From Longimicrobiales bacterium (lineage in GTDB: Bacteria; Gemmatimonadota; Gemmatimonadetes; Longimicrobiales; Gaopeijiaceae), in contig OZ242008.1 of assembly GCA_965204735.1 (NCBI GenBank), forward strand, positions 3,168,001-3,232,000: DNA of 64,000 bases, written 5' to 3'. Below, piece by piece: positions 1-10,100 of this stretch. A model generated the notes under the pieces. It did not search any database, was not told where the DNA came from, and saw only the letters and a program-made list of their open reading frames with translations. The position numbers and the translations under genes were made by a program. Each line of letters begins with the position of its first letter. The stretch's first letter is position 1.

Positions 1-1019
1 GCGCCAAGCTCTTCTACGGCGACAAGCGGATGGTCGCCGAGTTCCTGGCCAAGCACGTCTTCGGCAAGATCATCCCCGCCGACGTCGCCGCCGACATCGA
101 CCTCGACGGGCTCCAGCCGGGGCCGACCGAGCACGTCGACCCCAAGCTGCGCACCTTGCGCCACGCCGACCTCGTTTGGCGGGCGCCGTTTCGCGACTCT
201 TGGTTCTACATCGTCCTCCTCTTCGAATTCCAGTCGACGTCCGACTGGCGGATGGCGGTGCGGATCCTGCTCGAGACCGCGCTGGTCTACGACTACATGA
301 GCAGGGGCAAAGAGGCGACCAAGGCGCACCAGCTGCCGCCGGTGCTGCCGATCGTCGTGCATGTGGGGACGGAGCCGTGGACGGCACCGACGCGGCTCGA
401 AGACCTGCTGGCGGACGAGGCGAAGGCGTTCCTGCCCTTCGCGCTGGGCCACCAGTCGGTGCTGGTGTCGGAGTCGGAGGAAGCGGAGGAGCTGGAGCAT
501 GTAACGACGGCGCGCGAGGCGGCGCTGAAGTTGCGCTACGCGGCGGATGGCGCCGAGTTTCAGGAGGCGGTTGCGGCGCTGAGATCGCTGCTCCCTCCCG
601 ACAGCGTGGCAAGGGAGGGGTTGCTGGCGTGGGTACGCAGCTCGATGCTCGACGAAGGAGCAAAGGAGGAGGTCGTGGCACAACTGGAGCACCTGGACGA
701 CCTGGCAGGTCCGGTCGTCGAGACCTGGTGGGCGAAGGAGCGGCAGGAGACGCTCCGCAAGGGGCATGAAGAAGGCCGCCGGGAGGGCCGTCAGGAAGGC
801 CGTCAGGAAGGCCGCCAAGAAGGCCGCCAGGAAGGCCGTCAGGAGGGATCCAGGACCCTCTTGGAGCGCCTGGTGACCAAGAAGTTCGGCGCGGACGCGG
901 CTGGGCAGTTGTCGGGCCTGATCGGTGGCCTGGACGGACGCGACGAGCTGGACGCGGCGGCGGATGCCGTCATCGAGTGCGACACGGTCGCGGAGCTGCT
1001 GGCCCGACTCGCGAACTAG
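1..1019 (+). CDS. Rpn family recombination-promoting nuclease/putative transposase (PD-(D/E)XK), copy 1, 5' end outside window
   Basis: Motifs HADLVW, LLFEFQS, LPPVLPIVVHVG..PW, EGRQ repeats and a C-terminal KKFG...DAVIECDT domain. The start seen in copies 2/3 (MATGN..) would lie before base 1. Confidence 0.85.
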   Translation, partial: AKLFYGDKRMVAEFLAKHVFGKIIPADVAADIDLDGLQPGPTEHVDPKLRTLRHADLVWRAPFRDSWFYIVLLFEFQSTSDWRMAVRILLETALVYDYMSRGKEATKAHQLPPVLPIVVHVGTEPWTAPTRLEDLLADEAKAFLPFALGHQSVLVSESEEAEELEHVTTAREAALKLRYAADGAEFQEAVAALRSLLPPDSVAREGLLAWVRSSMLDEGAKEEVVAQLEHLDDLAGPVVETWWAKERQETLRKGHEEGRREGRQEGRQEGRQEGRQEGRQEGSRTLLERLVTKKFGADAAGQLSGLIGGLDGRDELDAAADAVIECDTVAELLARLAN

Positions 1020-1060
1020 CGAGCCGCGGCACCTCGCGACGGCGGGGGGCGGGGCTCGCT

Positions 1061-1258
1061 GTGGTGCGCTTGGCGGAGCGGAAGTTCGGTCGGGAGACGG
1101 CGAAGGAGCTTGGCGTACTGCTGGAGACGGTCTCCGGTTCAGGGCGGCTCGCCGAGATCACCGATCTGATCATCGACGGCGCGCGCGGCGAGGTCTGGTG
1201 CACGCGGCGAGGGGCGGACGCCGGAGACGGGCCCGGCCCCCAGCCCACCGAGCCGTAG
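1061..1258 (+). other. Orphan Rpn C-terminal (DUF4351-like) module, distinct allele
   Basis: VVRLAERKFGRETAKELGVLLETVSGSGRLAEITDLIID resembles the Rpn C-terminal domain but differs from the upstream gene's own. GTG at 1061, no clear RBS. Confidence 0.5.
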
Positions 1259-1568
1259 GCGGCCGCCGCGCCTTGGGCAGCGGCGCCCCTCGCTAACCTC
1301 GCGGCGGCCTAAGGCGGTAGAGCGCCTGTCACGCGACGTCGGGGCTGTCACTTCCCGCGATCTTGGGCCAGTCCGCCCGCGGAAGCCAAATCGCGTCCCA
1401 TCCGGACATCCGGAAGTCCCATTCCGCCATTTGAGCACTGGGCTCGCAGTGCGACAGTTCTTGGGAGACAACCCGTCAGCTCCCTCCGCAGCCAGCCGTG
1501 GACCTTGCCGCCACCGCTGCCGGCCGAGAGGCGCTCGTTCCCGACCACGCTTCCTCCGAGCAACGTCC

Positions 1569-2627
1569 ATGGCAACCGGCAACCATCGAGGCCGCACTCC
1601 CGACCGCGAGTCGAGCGGTCCTCCCAACCCGGCGATCCGCCAGCCGTACGACAAGAGCGCCAAGCTCTTCTACGGCGACAAGCGGATGGTCGCCGAGTTC
1701 CTGGCCAAGCACGTCTTCGGCAAGATCATCCCCGCCGACGTCGCCGCCGACATCGACCTCGACGGGCTCCAGCCGGGGCCGACCGAGCACGTCGACCCCA
1801 AGCTGCGCACCTTGCGCCACGCCGACCTCGTTTGGCGGGCGCCGTTTCGCGACTCTTGGTTCTACATCGTCCTCCTCTTCGAATTCCAGTCGACGTCCGA
1901 CTGGCGGATGGCGGTGCGGATCCTGCTCGAGACCGCGCTGGTCTACGACTACATGAGCAGGGGCAAAGAGGCGACCAAGGCGCACCAGCTGCCGCCGGTG
2001 CTGCCGATCGTCGTGCATGTGGGGACGGAGCCGTGGACGGCGCCGACGCGGCTCGAAGACCTGCTGGCGGACGAGGCGAAGGCGTTCCTGCCCTTCGCGC
2101 TGGGCCACCAGTCGGTGCTGGTGTCGGAGTCGGAGGAAGCGGAGGAGCTGGAGCATGTAACGACGGCGCGCGAGGCGGCGCTGAAGTTGCGCTACGCGGC
2201 GGATGGCGCCGAGTTTCAGGAGGCGGTTGCGGCACTGAGATCGCTGCTCCCTCCCGACAGCGTGGCAAGGGAGGGGTTGCTGGCGTGGGTACGCAGCACG
2301 ATGCTCGACGAAGGAGCAAAGGAGGAAGTCGTGGCACAACTGGAGCACCTGGACGACTTGGCGGGTCCGGTCGTCGAGACGTGGTGGGCGAAGGAGCGAC
2401 GGGAGATACTCCGCAAGGGGCAGGAAGAAGGCCGCCAAGAGGGCCGACAGGAGGGATCCAGGACCCTCTTGGAGCGCCAAGTGGCCAAGAAGTTCGGCGC
2501 GGACGCGGCTGGGCAGTTGTCGGGCCTGATCGGTGGCCTGGACGGACGCGACGAGCTGGACGCGGCGGCGGACGCCGTCATCGAGTGCGACACGGTCGCG
2601 GAGCTGCTGGCCCGACTCGCGAACTAG
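1569..2627 (+). CDS. Rpn family nuclease/putative transposase, copy 2
   Basis: ATG 1569 in frame with ORF 1431-2627; near-identical to copy 1; 2 EGRQ units. Confidence 0.85.
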   Translation: MATGNHRGRTPDRESSGPPNPAIRQPYDKSAKLFYGDKRMVAEFLAKHVFGKIIPADVAADIDLDGLQPGPTEHVDPKLRTLRHADLVWRAPFRDSWFYIVLLFEFQSTSDWRMAVRILLETALVYDYMSRGKEATKAHQLPPVLPIVVHVGTEPWTAPTRLEDLLADEAKAFLPFALGHQSVLVSESEEAEELEHVTTAREAALKLRYAADGAEFQEAVAALRSLLPPDSVAREGLLAWVRSTMLDEGAKEEVVAQLEHLDDLAGPVVETWWAKERREILRKGQEEGRQEGRQEGSRTLLERQVAKKFGADAAGQLSGLIGGLDGRDELDAAADAVIECDTVAELLARLAN

Positions 2628-2668
2628 CGAGCCGCGGCACCTCGCGACGGCGGGGGGCGGGGCTCGCT

Positions 2669-2866
2669 GTGGTGCGCTTGGCGGAGCGGAAGTTCGGTCG
2701 GGAGACGGCGAAGGAGCTTGGCGTACTGCTGGAGACGGTCTCCGGTTCAGGGCGGCTCGCCGAGATCACCGATCTGATCATCGACGGCGCGTGCGGCGAG
2801 GTCTGGTGCACGCGGCGAGGGGCGGACGCCGGAGACGGGCCCGGCCCCCAGCCCACCGAGCCGTAG
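2669..2866 (+). other. Orphan Rpn C-terminal module, second copy
   Basis: Near-identical duplicate of 1061-1258. Confidence 0.5.
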
Positions 2867-3134
2867 GCGGCCGCCGCGCCTTGGGCAGCGGCGCCCCTCG
2901 CTAACCTCGCGGCGGCCACTTCCCGCGATCTTGGCCAGTCTGCCCGCGGAAGCCGATCGCGTCCCATTCGGACATTCGGGAGTCCCATTCCGCCATTTGA
3001 GCACTGGGCTCGCAGTGCGACAGTTCTTGGGAGACAACCCGTCAGCTCCCTCCGCAGCCAGCCGTGGACCTTGCCGCCACCGCTGCCGGCCGAGAGGCGC
3101 TCGTTCCCGACCACGCTTCCTCCGAGCAACGTCC

Positions 3135-4181
3135 ATGGCAACCGGCAACCATCGAGGCCGCACTCCCGACCGCGAGTCGAGCGGTCCTCCCAACCCGGCG
3201 ATCCGCCAGCCGTACGACAAGAGCGCCAAGCTCTTCTACGGCGACAAGCGGATGGTCGCCGAGTTCCTGGCCAAGCACGTCTTCGGCAAGATCATCCCCG
3301 CCGACGTCGCCGCCGACATCGACCTCGACGGGCTCCAGCCGGGGCCGACCGAGCACGTCGACCCCAAGCTGCGCACCTTGCGCCACGCCGACCTCGTTTG
3401 GCGGGCGCCGTTTCGCGACTCTTGGTTCTACATCGTCCTCCTCTTCGAATTCCAGTCGACGTCCGACTGGCGGATGGCGGTGCGGATCCTGCTCGAGACC
3501 GCGCTGGTCTACGACTACATGAGCAGGGGCAAAGAGGCGACCAAGGCGCACCAGCTGCCGCCGGTGCTGCCGATCGTCGTGCATGTGGGGACGGAGCCGT
3601 GGACGGCGCCGACGCGGCTCGAAGACCTGCTGGCGGACGAGGCGAAGGCGTTCCTGCCCTTCGCGCTGGGCCACCAGTCGGTGCTGGTGTCGGAGTCGGA
3701 GGAAGCGGAGGAGCTGGAGCATGTAACGACGGCGCGCGAGGCGGCGCTGAAGTTGCGCTACGCGGCGGATGGCGCCGAGTTTCAGGAGGCGGTTGCGGCA
3801 CTGAGATCGCTGCTCCCTCCCGACAGCGTGGCAAGGGAGGGGTTGCTGGCGTGGGTACGCAGCACGATGCTCGACGAAGGAGCAAAGGAGGAAGTCGTGG
3901 CACAACTGGAGCACCTGGACGACTTGGCGGGTCCGGTCGTCGAGACGTGGTGGGCGAAGGAGCGACGGGAGATACTCCGCAAGGGGCAGGAAGAAGGCCG
4001 CCAAGAGGGATCCAGGACCCTCTTGGAGCGCCAAGTGGCCAAGAAGTTCGGCGCGGACGCGGCTGGGCAGTTGTCGGGCCTGATCGGTGGCCTGGACGGA
4101 CGCGACGAGCTGGACGCGGCGGCGGACGCCGTCATCGAGTGCGACACGGTCGCGGAGCTGCTGGCCCGACTCGCGAACTAG
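3135..4181 (+). CDS. Rpn family nuclease/putative transposase, copy 3
   Basis: ATG 3135; same protein as copy 2 except 1 EGRQ unit. Confidence 0.85.
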   Translation: MATGNHRGRTPDRESSGPPNPAIRQPYDKSAKLFYGDKRMVAEFLAKHVFGKIIPADVAADIDLDGLQPGPTEHVDPKLRTLRHADLVWRAPFRDSWFYIVLLFEFQSTSDWRMAVRILLETALVYDYMSRGKEATKAHQLPPVLPIVVHVGTEPWTAPTRLEDLLADEAKAFLPFALGHQSVLVSESEEAEELEHVTTAREAALKLRYAADGAEFQEAVAALRSLLPPDSVAREGLLAWVRSTMLDEGAKEEVVAQLEHLDDLAGPVVETWWAKERREILRKGQEEGRQEGSRTLLERQVAKKFGADAAGQLSGLIGGLDGRDELDAAADAVIECDTVAELLARLAN

Positions 4182-4299
4182 CGAGCCGCGGCACCTCGCG
4201 ACGGCGGGGGGCGGGTTCGCCTGCTAAGAGGTGGGCCCGCTCGTCGCGCTGTTCGGCTACCATATCCTGCACGTTGCGCCCGTTGCTGGAACGAGCCAC

Positions 4300-4581
4300 C
4301 TCCCGACAGCGTGGCAAGGGAAGGGTTGCTGGCGTGGGTACGCAGCTCGATGCTCGACGAAGGAGCAAGGAGGAGGTCGTGGCGCAACTGGAGTACCTGG
4401 ACGATCTGGCGAGTCCGGTCGTCGAGACCTGGTGGGCGAGGGAGCGGCAGGAAACGCTCCGGCTGGGCGGTTGTCGGGCCTGATCGGCGGCCTGGACGGA
4501 CGCGACGAACTGGACGCGGCGGCGGACGCCGTCATCGAGTGCGACTCGGTCGCGGAACTGCTGGCCCGACTCGCGAACTAG
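4300..4581 (+). pseudogene. Rpn 3' remnant (copy 4) with deletion and frameshifts
   Basis: Matches the 3' part of copy 1 (WVRSSM, RQETLR, DAVIECD..ARLAN*) but lacks the EGRQ/KKFG segment and is out of frame. Confidence 0.8.
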
Positions 4582-4759
4582 CGAGCCGCGGCACCTCGCG
4601 ACGAGCCACCACGTCGGGCTGGAAGCCCCGCAGCGGCTGTTGGTACGCGCGTCATGCGCGCGACGGCCCGAGTACGCCCGACATGGTCATGTGGACGGTG
4701 GAGCAACGCGCGCGTCGTGGGCGCGCCCGGGACAGTTGCCGGGTGGCCAGCGCGACACG

Positions 4760-5030
4760 GTGACGGTGCTCCCACCAGGTCCAGGATCACGTCCGCGCCT
4801 CGTGCGCCCGTCGCCTCCTTGACGGCTTGGTGCCGCGTGATCGGCACGTCGCGCACGCAGGCCAAGCTGAACAAGGCGGTCAAGATGGGCCCCGACCTGG
4901 CGTTGCAGGGGGACGGCGAGCGAACTCCGGCCCGTCGCGCCAGCTGAAGCCCGGCGGTCCCGACGCCGCTGCCCACGGCGTAGATCAGCAATGTCTCGCC
5001 CGGCGTCAGCCCGGCTTCCACGAACGACGG
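4760..5030 (-). pseudogene. NAD(P)H-quinone oxidoreductase (MDR family) 3' fragment
   Basis: GLTPGETLLIYAVGSGVGTAGLQLAR and VKEATGARGADVILDLVGA motifs; degraded. Confidence 0.7.
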
Positions 5031-5157
5031 GCTCGCCGCAGGCGAGGGACGGGTCGAGCGCAGCTTCGGCACGGCACCTCGAACCGACGCTAGCTAGCCG
5101 GGACAACTACCGTGGTACGACACCAGTAGACGCGCTGCCAGTAGCCACAGCCACCAG

Positions 5158-5212
5158 TGTCAGCGGCCATCGAAAATTGCACACTCTTGGCCGTCGAAAA
5201 TTGCACACTCTT
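5158..5212 (+). repeat. IS21 terminal repeat region (2 x GGCCRTCGAAAATTGCACACTCTT)
   Basis: TG terminus plus tandem 24-nt transposase-binding-type repeats at 5165-5188 and 5189-5212. Confidence 0.8.
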
Positions 5213-5439
5213 GGGGACCCGAACGTAGGGAGCGGAGCGACCGGAGTCGGGTCCCCAAGAGTGCGTGGCCGGGCGGGCTCCAACCCCGGCGCGTGGTGAC
5301 GGGACGGACCCAGTCGCGCGGTCTCGGTCGGTCATGCCGACGGCGCCGGGGGCCGGAGTTCCTGCGGCGTGCAGGGCCAGCATGATCGTCCACGCCGCGA
5401 CGGCGTTCATGGTGGCGAGGCCCTGGCCCCATCTCTTGG

Positions 5440-6252
5440 TCACGATCCCCTCCCTCCGTCTCCGGAACCGTCGTCCGACGGCTGACCCTCCAGCGCCTTG
5501 GCCAGCTCGGCCGCATGGTGTCGCGTCCGCCAGCTGTTGCCTCGGATGTTGACGATGTGGCACCGGTGCAGCAGTCGGTCCAGCAGCGCCGCCGCCATCA
5601 CCTCGTCGCCCAGGATCCGTCCCCACTCCTCGAACCCCTTGTTCGACGTGACCACCGTCGAGGCGTGCTCGTAGCGCCGGGCGATCAGCTGGAAGAACAG
5701 CGTCGCCCCGCTCCGGCTCACCGGCAAGTAGCCGATCTCGTCGACCACCAGCAGCGACGGGTGCGTCAGCGTCTTGAGCCGCTGCTTGAGGCGGCCGGCC
5801 GCCTGAGCTTCCTCCAGCGACTCCACCAGGTCGGAGAGTGTGCCGTAGTAGATCCGCCGACCGCCCTGCGCCGCCGCGACGGCCAAGCTGATCGCCAGGT
5901 GCGTCTTGCCCACGCCCGGCGGGCCCAGGAACACGACGTTCTCCTTGCGCGCCACGAACCCCAGTTCGTGCAGCGACGCGATCTGCTTCCGCTTCACCGA
6001 CGGCTGGAACGCGAAGTCGTACTCCTCGAGCGTCTTGACCGACGGCAGACGGCTCGACCGCATCGCCGTGGCCAGCCGACGGCTGTTGCGCAACGCGATC
6101 TGCGCCGCCAGCAGCTCCTCGATCGCTTCGGCCGCCGTCGCAGCGCCGCCGTCCACGCGGGCCAGCACGTCGGCAAGAGCTTCGAGCGCGCCCGGCATCT
6201 TCAAGTCCGCCAGCATCTCCGCGATCCGGTCTCTGCGCGACACCGGCTTCAC
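5440..6252 (-). CDS. istB: IS21 helper AAA+ ATPase IstB
   Basis: Walker A GPPGVGKT, LLVVDEIGY, TSNK..EW, ALLDRLLH; GTG 6252 overlaps the istA stop. Confidence 0.9.
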   Translation of the reverse strand: MKPVSRRDRIAEMLADLKMPGALEALADVLARVDGGAATAAEAIEELLAAQIALRNSRRLATAMRSSRLPSVKTLEEYDFAFQPSVKRKQIASLHELGFVARKENVVFLGPPGVGKTHLAISLAVAAAQGGRRIYYGTLSDLVESLEEAQAAGRLKQRLKTLTHPSLLVVDEIGYLPVSRSGATLFFQLIARRYEHASTVVTSNKGFEEWGRILGDEVMAAALLDRLLHRCHIVNIRGNSWRTRHHAAELAKALEGQPSDDGSGDGGRGS

Positions 6253-6777
6253 GACGCCGCCTCCGCGATCTTGGCGTACTCGGCCAGCGACCGCCGCTCC
6301 ACCGCCACGACGGGACCGCCCGACTCCGGCGCCGCCTGCCGAGCCGCGACCGGGACGACCGAGCGGTAGGGCCGCTGCGCCAACGGCAGGAGCCGGCCCC
6401 GCTCGTCCTCGAAGCGGACCACGGGACGCTGCTTCAACGTGCCCGTGAACGCGAACGTTGGCCACCGTGTCCAGCCAGCGGCGTGCACGAGCGTTCAGAT
6501 CGTCGTCGGAGACGAACTCCCGACCGTAGAAGAAGCTGCTGCGGACGTAGCTGATCGGCCGCTCGACCTTCCCCTTCGTCTTCGCCCGACCCGCCCTGCA
6601 CGCCCAGATGCGGAAGCCCCAGTGCGCGCTGAACCGCAGGAACTCCCGGTTCTCCAGCAGCCGACCGCCCTCGGCGCGTCGGTCGCTCACGCCGACGCGG
6701 CGGGCGATCTCCGCCTTCGGCACCCCCTGGTCGAGGTAATGTCGCAGCAACACTCGCTTCTCCCTCCTGGGCCGCAC
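6249..6777 (-). pseudogene. istA: IS21 transposase IstA remnant
   Basis: N-terminal HTH (KAEIARRVGVS) joined directly to HWGF..KTKGKVER, so a large internal deletion; frameshift near 6440. Confidence 0.85.
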
Positions 6778-6994
6778 CTAGGTCGAGCGCGTGAACCGTC
6801 CCAGCACGCTCCAGCCCCCGGCACCTCCGACTCGCCGGGCGGAGGCGGTACAGCCCCCGTCGCAGGTCCGCCTAGTTGACTCCCGACGCCGTCACGCGCA
6901 TCACGATCTCGCCGGAGCCCAGCACGGGGTCGGGCCTGGAGGCGACCCGCAGAACTTCCGGCCCTCCGAAGTCGGAGATGACGACAGCGCGCAT
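6778..6994 (-). pseudogene. NAD(P)H-quinone oxidoreductase 5' fragment
   Basis: MRAVVISDFGGPEVLR...GVN, in-frame TAG at 6872-6874, then ADLRRGLY and a frameshifted PPPGESEVPG. Confidence 0.75.
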
Positions 6995-7107
6995 GGTGCG
7001 AACGATGGGGCGAAGGGAAGGGTCCGCCACCGGAGCGCCACGTGCGCCGGCGCATCCCGGCGACGGTGCAAGGCCTTGGCACCTGGTCGGCGTCATGCCG
7101 CCCAGAA

Positions 7108-7151
7108 AGAACTTCGCCCCCGCCCGGAGAACCGGGCGGGGGCGAAGTTCT
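7108..7151 (-). terminator. Rho-independent terminator-like hairpin
   Basis: Perfect 20-bp stem AGAACTTCGCCCCCGCCCGG, 4-nt loop, short T-rich tails on both strands, downstream of the 7199-11110 gene. Confidence 0.75.
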
Positions 7152-7198
7152 ACTTTCACGACCCGGAAGACCGGGTCGCAAAAGCGGTCGTGCCTGTG

Positions 7199-10100
7199 CT
7201 AGTTGCGAGTGAGCACTATCGTCTCGAAAGAGTCGGCGTCGCCCCTGCCTTTCACCAACCGGATGCCGTTGATCCGATTGATATCCCCAGTAGTGGCGAG
7301 TCCTACAGTGTTTGTCCGATTAATCGCTACCCCAGCCAGATCGACAAACACTTGGTACCAACCCTCCTCGAGTCCTTCGAAGCGGTACTCGCCGGCGGCG
7401 GTGGTTGTCGCGGTCTTCCGCTCAAAGGTGTTGTCGTAGCCGGAGTCGCAGGTGTCGATGGGGAAGGTAGCGTTGGCCTGCGCAAGAGAAACCAAGCCAC
7501 ACTTTTGCAGGAACACCCTTTGGTTAGCGACGTTCGAGTGAGTGTTGTCTTGGAGACTGTCGCGCTCTGTGATCTTGCCCGTGAGGACACCGTCCGTGAA
7601 CACCACAACGAAATCCGCATCCGTCTGTGGAAGGCCCACGTCTCCGGTGGGGTTGCTGCCATATCTCCAGTGAGGCAGCGAGCCAGCACTACCGTCACCA
7701 CTCGTTATCAACCTTCCGGTCGGAAGCGCTGTCGTTCTCAAGGCCGGAGTGCGGTGAACGGGTCTGGTGTTCTTTGCGACCAACTTGTAGCTGGTCGTAC
7801 TAGTTCCCTCAACGGCGTAGTGGCCTTCTGGAAGGCCCGTGAAGGAGAACCTGCCCGTAGCATCTGACTTGGCAGTCGCCACCCTCGTCCCCACGGTGTC
7901 TGTGGCACTCTTCAGCCTCAGAAGCGTCAACGTGGCGCCCTGAACAGTCTCGCGGGGATGAACCGTACCATCGCCCCCATTCCCAGAGACCACCGAATCG
8001 GCGTTCTGGTCGTTAGCCACTGTCCCTGATATCATCGCCTTCTGATAGGTGACCGTAGCATCTACCGAGTCGACGCTACCAGCTGCCACGTCAGTATGCA
8101 GGACCGTCACCGTGTCGGAAACTCCCCTTGAGAACCGACCGTTCCATGCGGAGTTCGACTTGATGGTGACTTCGTACGTGCCACCCTCAAGGCCCGTGAA
8201 CACGTATGCACCAGTCGTGCAGCTGTCGTCGAGCCGCTCGTTGCCGTCTACGTCGCCACAAGCCGCGCGATTGTTGACCTTCGCGTCCTTGCTCTTCCCG
8301 TCGCCAAAAGTAAGCATAGGCCTGAGAGTGAGCACAACGGAATCGCGACCAAAATTCGTCAAGGGGCCGCCGAGGTCACCGTAATTCGCAGTCGAAACTG
8401 TACCCCTCACCTGTCCGTTGGTGTATCCGTAAGCAAAGGTCGAGCAGGCGTCACGGCTGGCGCTGCCGGCCAGGGGACAGATCGACACGGATGGACCCGT
8501 CCCACCAGCAGTACCAAAAGCACCGCTCGAGTGAGCGCCCCGGCTTGCTTGTTCCCTGGTAGTCCCCAGGAAGGTGTCTACCTCGTTGGCCCCGTATATC
8601 TTCTTGTTCGAGTCCGACGTAGTCACCTTCACGAGTAAGTCTAGAGCCGTCGGCAAGTTGGTGAAGATCACTAGGCCAGCGTCGGTAGTGCCGTCAGCCT
8701 TCGGGCTCGCGGCACCCGTCCTGGTCGCGATCCCCGGATAATTCCAGTTCTGCGGAGTACCGTGCCTGTCCCTAGTCTGCAACTGGAGCGTGATGTCTCC
8801 CACCACGTTCGCATGCGGCCGCACGTCGCCATCAACGATGTTCCGGTCGTAGCCCACCACTTGAGTACGCTCGTGGTGAACGCCGAGGATCAGCGTCTGG
8901 GTCGTCCACTTGACCCGCATCACGCCGAGATCCGCGGTGTCGCTCGGCAACGTTACGCCGTCGTACTCGTAGACCAAGAACGGTATATCCGTCGTGGACG
9001 TCGCCCCACCCACCTTCTTCGTGCTTTCCATCGAAGCGATGGCGGAGGGCTCCGGGGTTCCCATGAACCTCTCTCCCATCGCCCTCGCCTGGGTGCCGGA
9101 CAAGCGGATGTAGTACGTCACCGGCAGACCACCGGCGGGGATGTCCGAGAACGTGGACTTGCCCGCCTTGTTGGAAACCTTCGCGCTCTGGAAGCCGTCG
9201 TTCGCCAAGCTCGTTCGAACCTCGGACGCCCAGCCTTCCAGGAAGTCGTCTCCGCCGATGTCGGTTTCGACGTTCTTGACCCAGAACTGGAAGGTAGCCC
9301 GTTGGTTGATGACCTGGACGGCTTCGGCGGCCGCGGTCTCCAACCTTCTGGGCGAGTAGGAGACCTCCAAGATCTCGTTGGCAGACACTGACAAGTCGTC
9401 GTGCGGGAGCTGGGCCACCTTGGCGAACACAACGTGGTCTATTCTGCCGCCTGGTCCGGTGTCGGACGCACGCGGGAACATGACCTTCGCCATCCCAGTC
9501 GAGTCGGTCACGGCCATCTTGCCGAGCTGTTGCCTTTCGGCCTCCGCCGCCTGGTATGTGGGGTAGAAGTCGATCCCGACGCCCGGGAGCATCGCGCCAG
9601 TCTTGGCATCCTTGCCGTCTTCGCCATTGCCCATCATAGCCTGCATCGTGATGGTCTGCGTGACGATCCTGAAGGGCAGGTTCTGGACTACGGTCGCACC
9701 AGGCTCGAGAGCTACGAGAGAGGTTGTGCCGGTGTACATGACGCGCGAGTCCACATCGGCGGAATCCAAATGCTCACCAGCTACGAGAACCTGATAGCTA
9801 CCGGCCTTCAGGTTTTCGAATGTGTACATACCATCGGCGTTGGTCAGCGCGGTTTTCACTTCGTTCACGCCCGGTCCAGAAAGCGTGACCTGCAAGCCAC
9901 GGAGCGCGTAGGTGTCCTCGTCGCCCGCGTCCAGCTGGCCGTTTTGGGGGTTCGCGTCAAAGAATGCGTGTCCCGTAACGGTGGCGGTCGCCACGTGCGC
10001 GCCCGCGAAGTTCGAGATCGCCGCTTGGTCGTCGGCCAGCACGACCGTCTTCGACGCCGTGTCGAAGATGTACGCGGCCGCATCCCACCCGGAGATCGTC

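Larger units (their letters stand above)
1..4213 (+). repeat. Tandem direct repeat of a ~1.6-kb Rpn unit (3 copies)
   Basis: Equivalent ATG(MVAEF) at 30, 1686 and 3252 (periods 1656 and 1566 nt); spacers are also conserved. Confidence 0.95.
5158..6777 (-). mobile_element. Decayed IS21-family element
   Basis: istA remnant plus istB. One terminus begins TGTCAGCGGCC at 5158 with two 24-nt repeats; the other end was not found. Confidence 0.85.

Noticed and set aside
1..4581. Rpn variation as a diversity-generating retroelement or shufflon
   Set aside because: No reverse transcriptase or recombinase in the window; the differences do not look adenine-specific; no inverted repeat sites.
5165..5212. 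Two 24-nt direct repeats as a mini-CRISPR
   Set aside because: No spacer and no cas genes; position and TG terminus fit an IS21 end.
5090..5443. Small ORFs between istB and the IS end
   Set aside because: Short, no motifs; passenger status cannot be judged.
6872..6874. In-frame TAG in the oxidoreductase as recoding (pyrrolysine/readthrough)
   Set aside because: Followed by frameshifts and IS disruption, so simple pseudogenisation.
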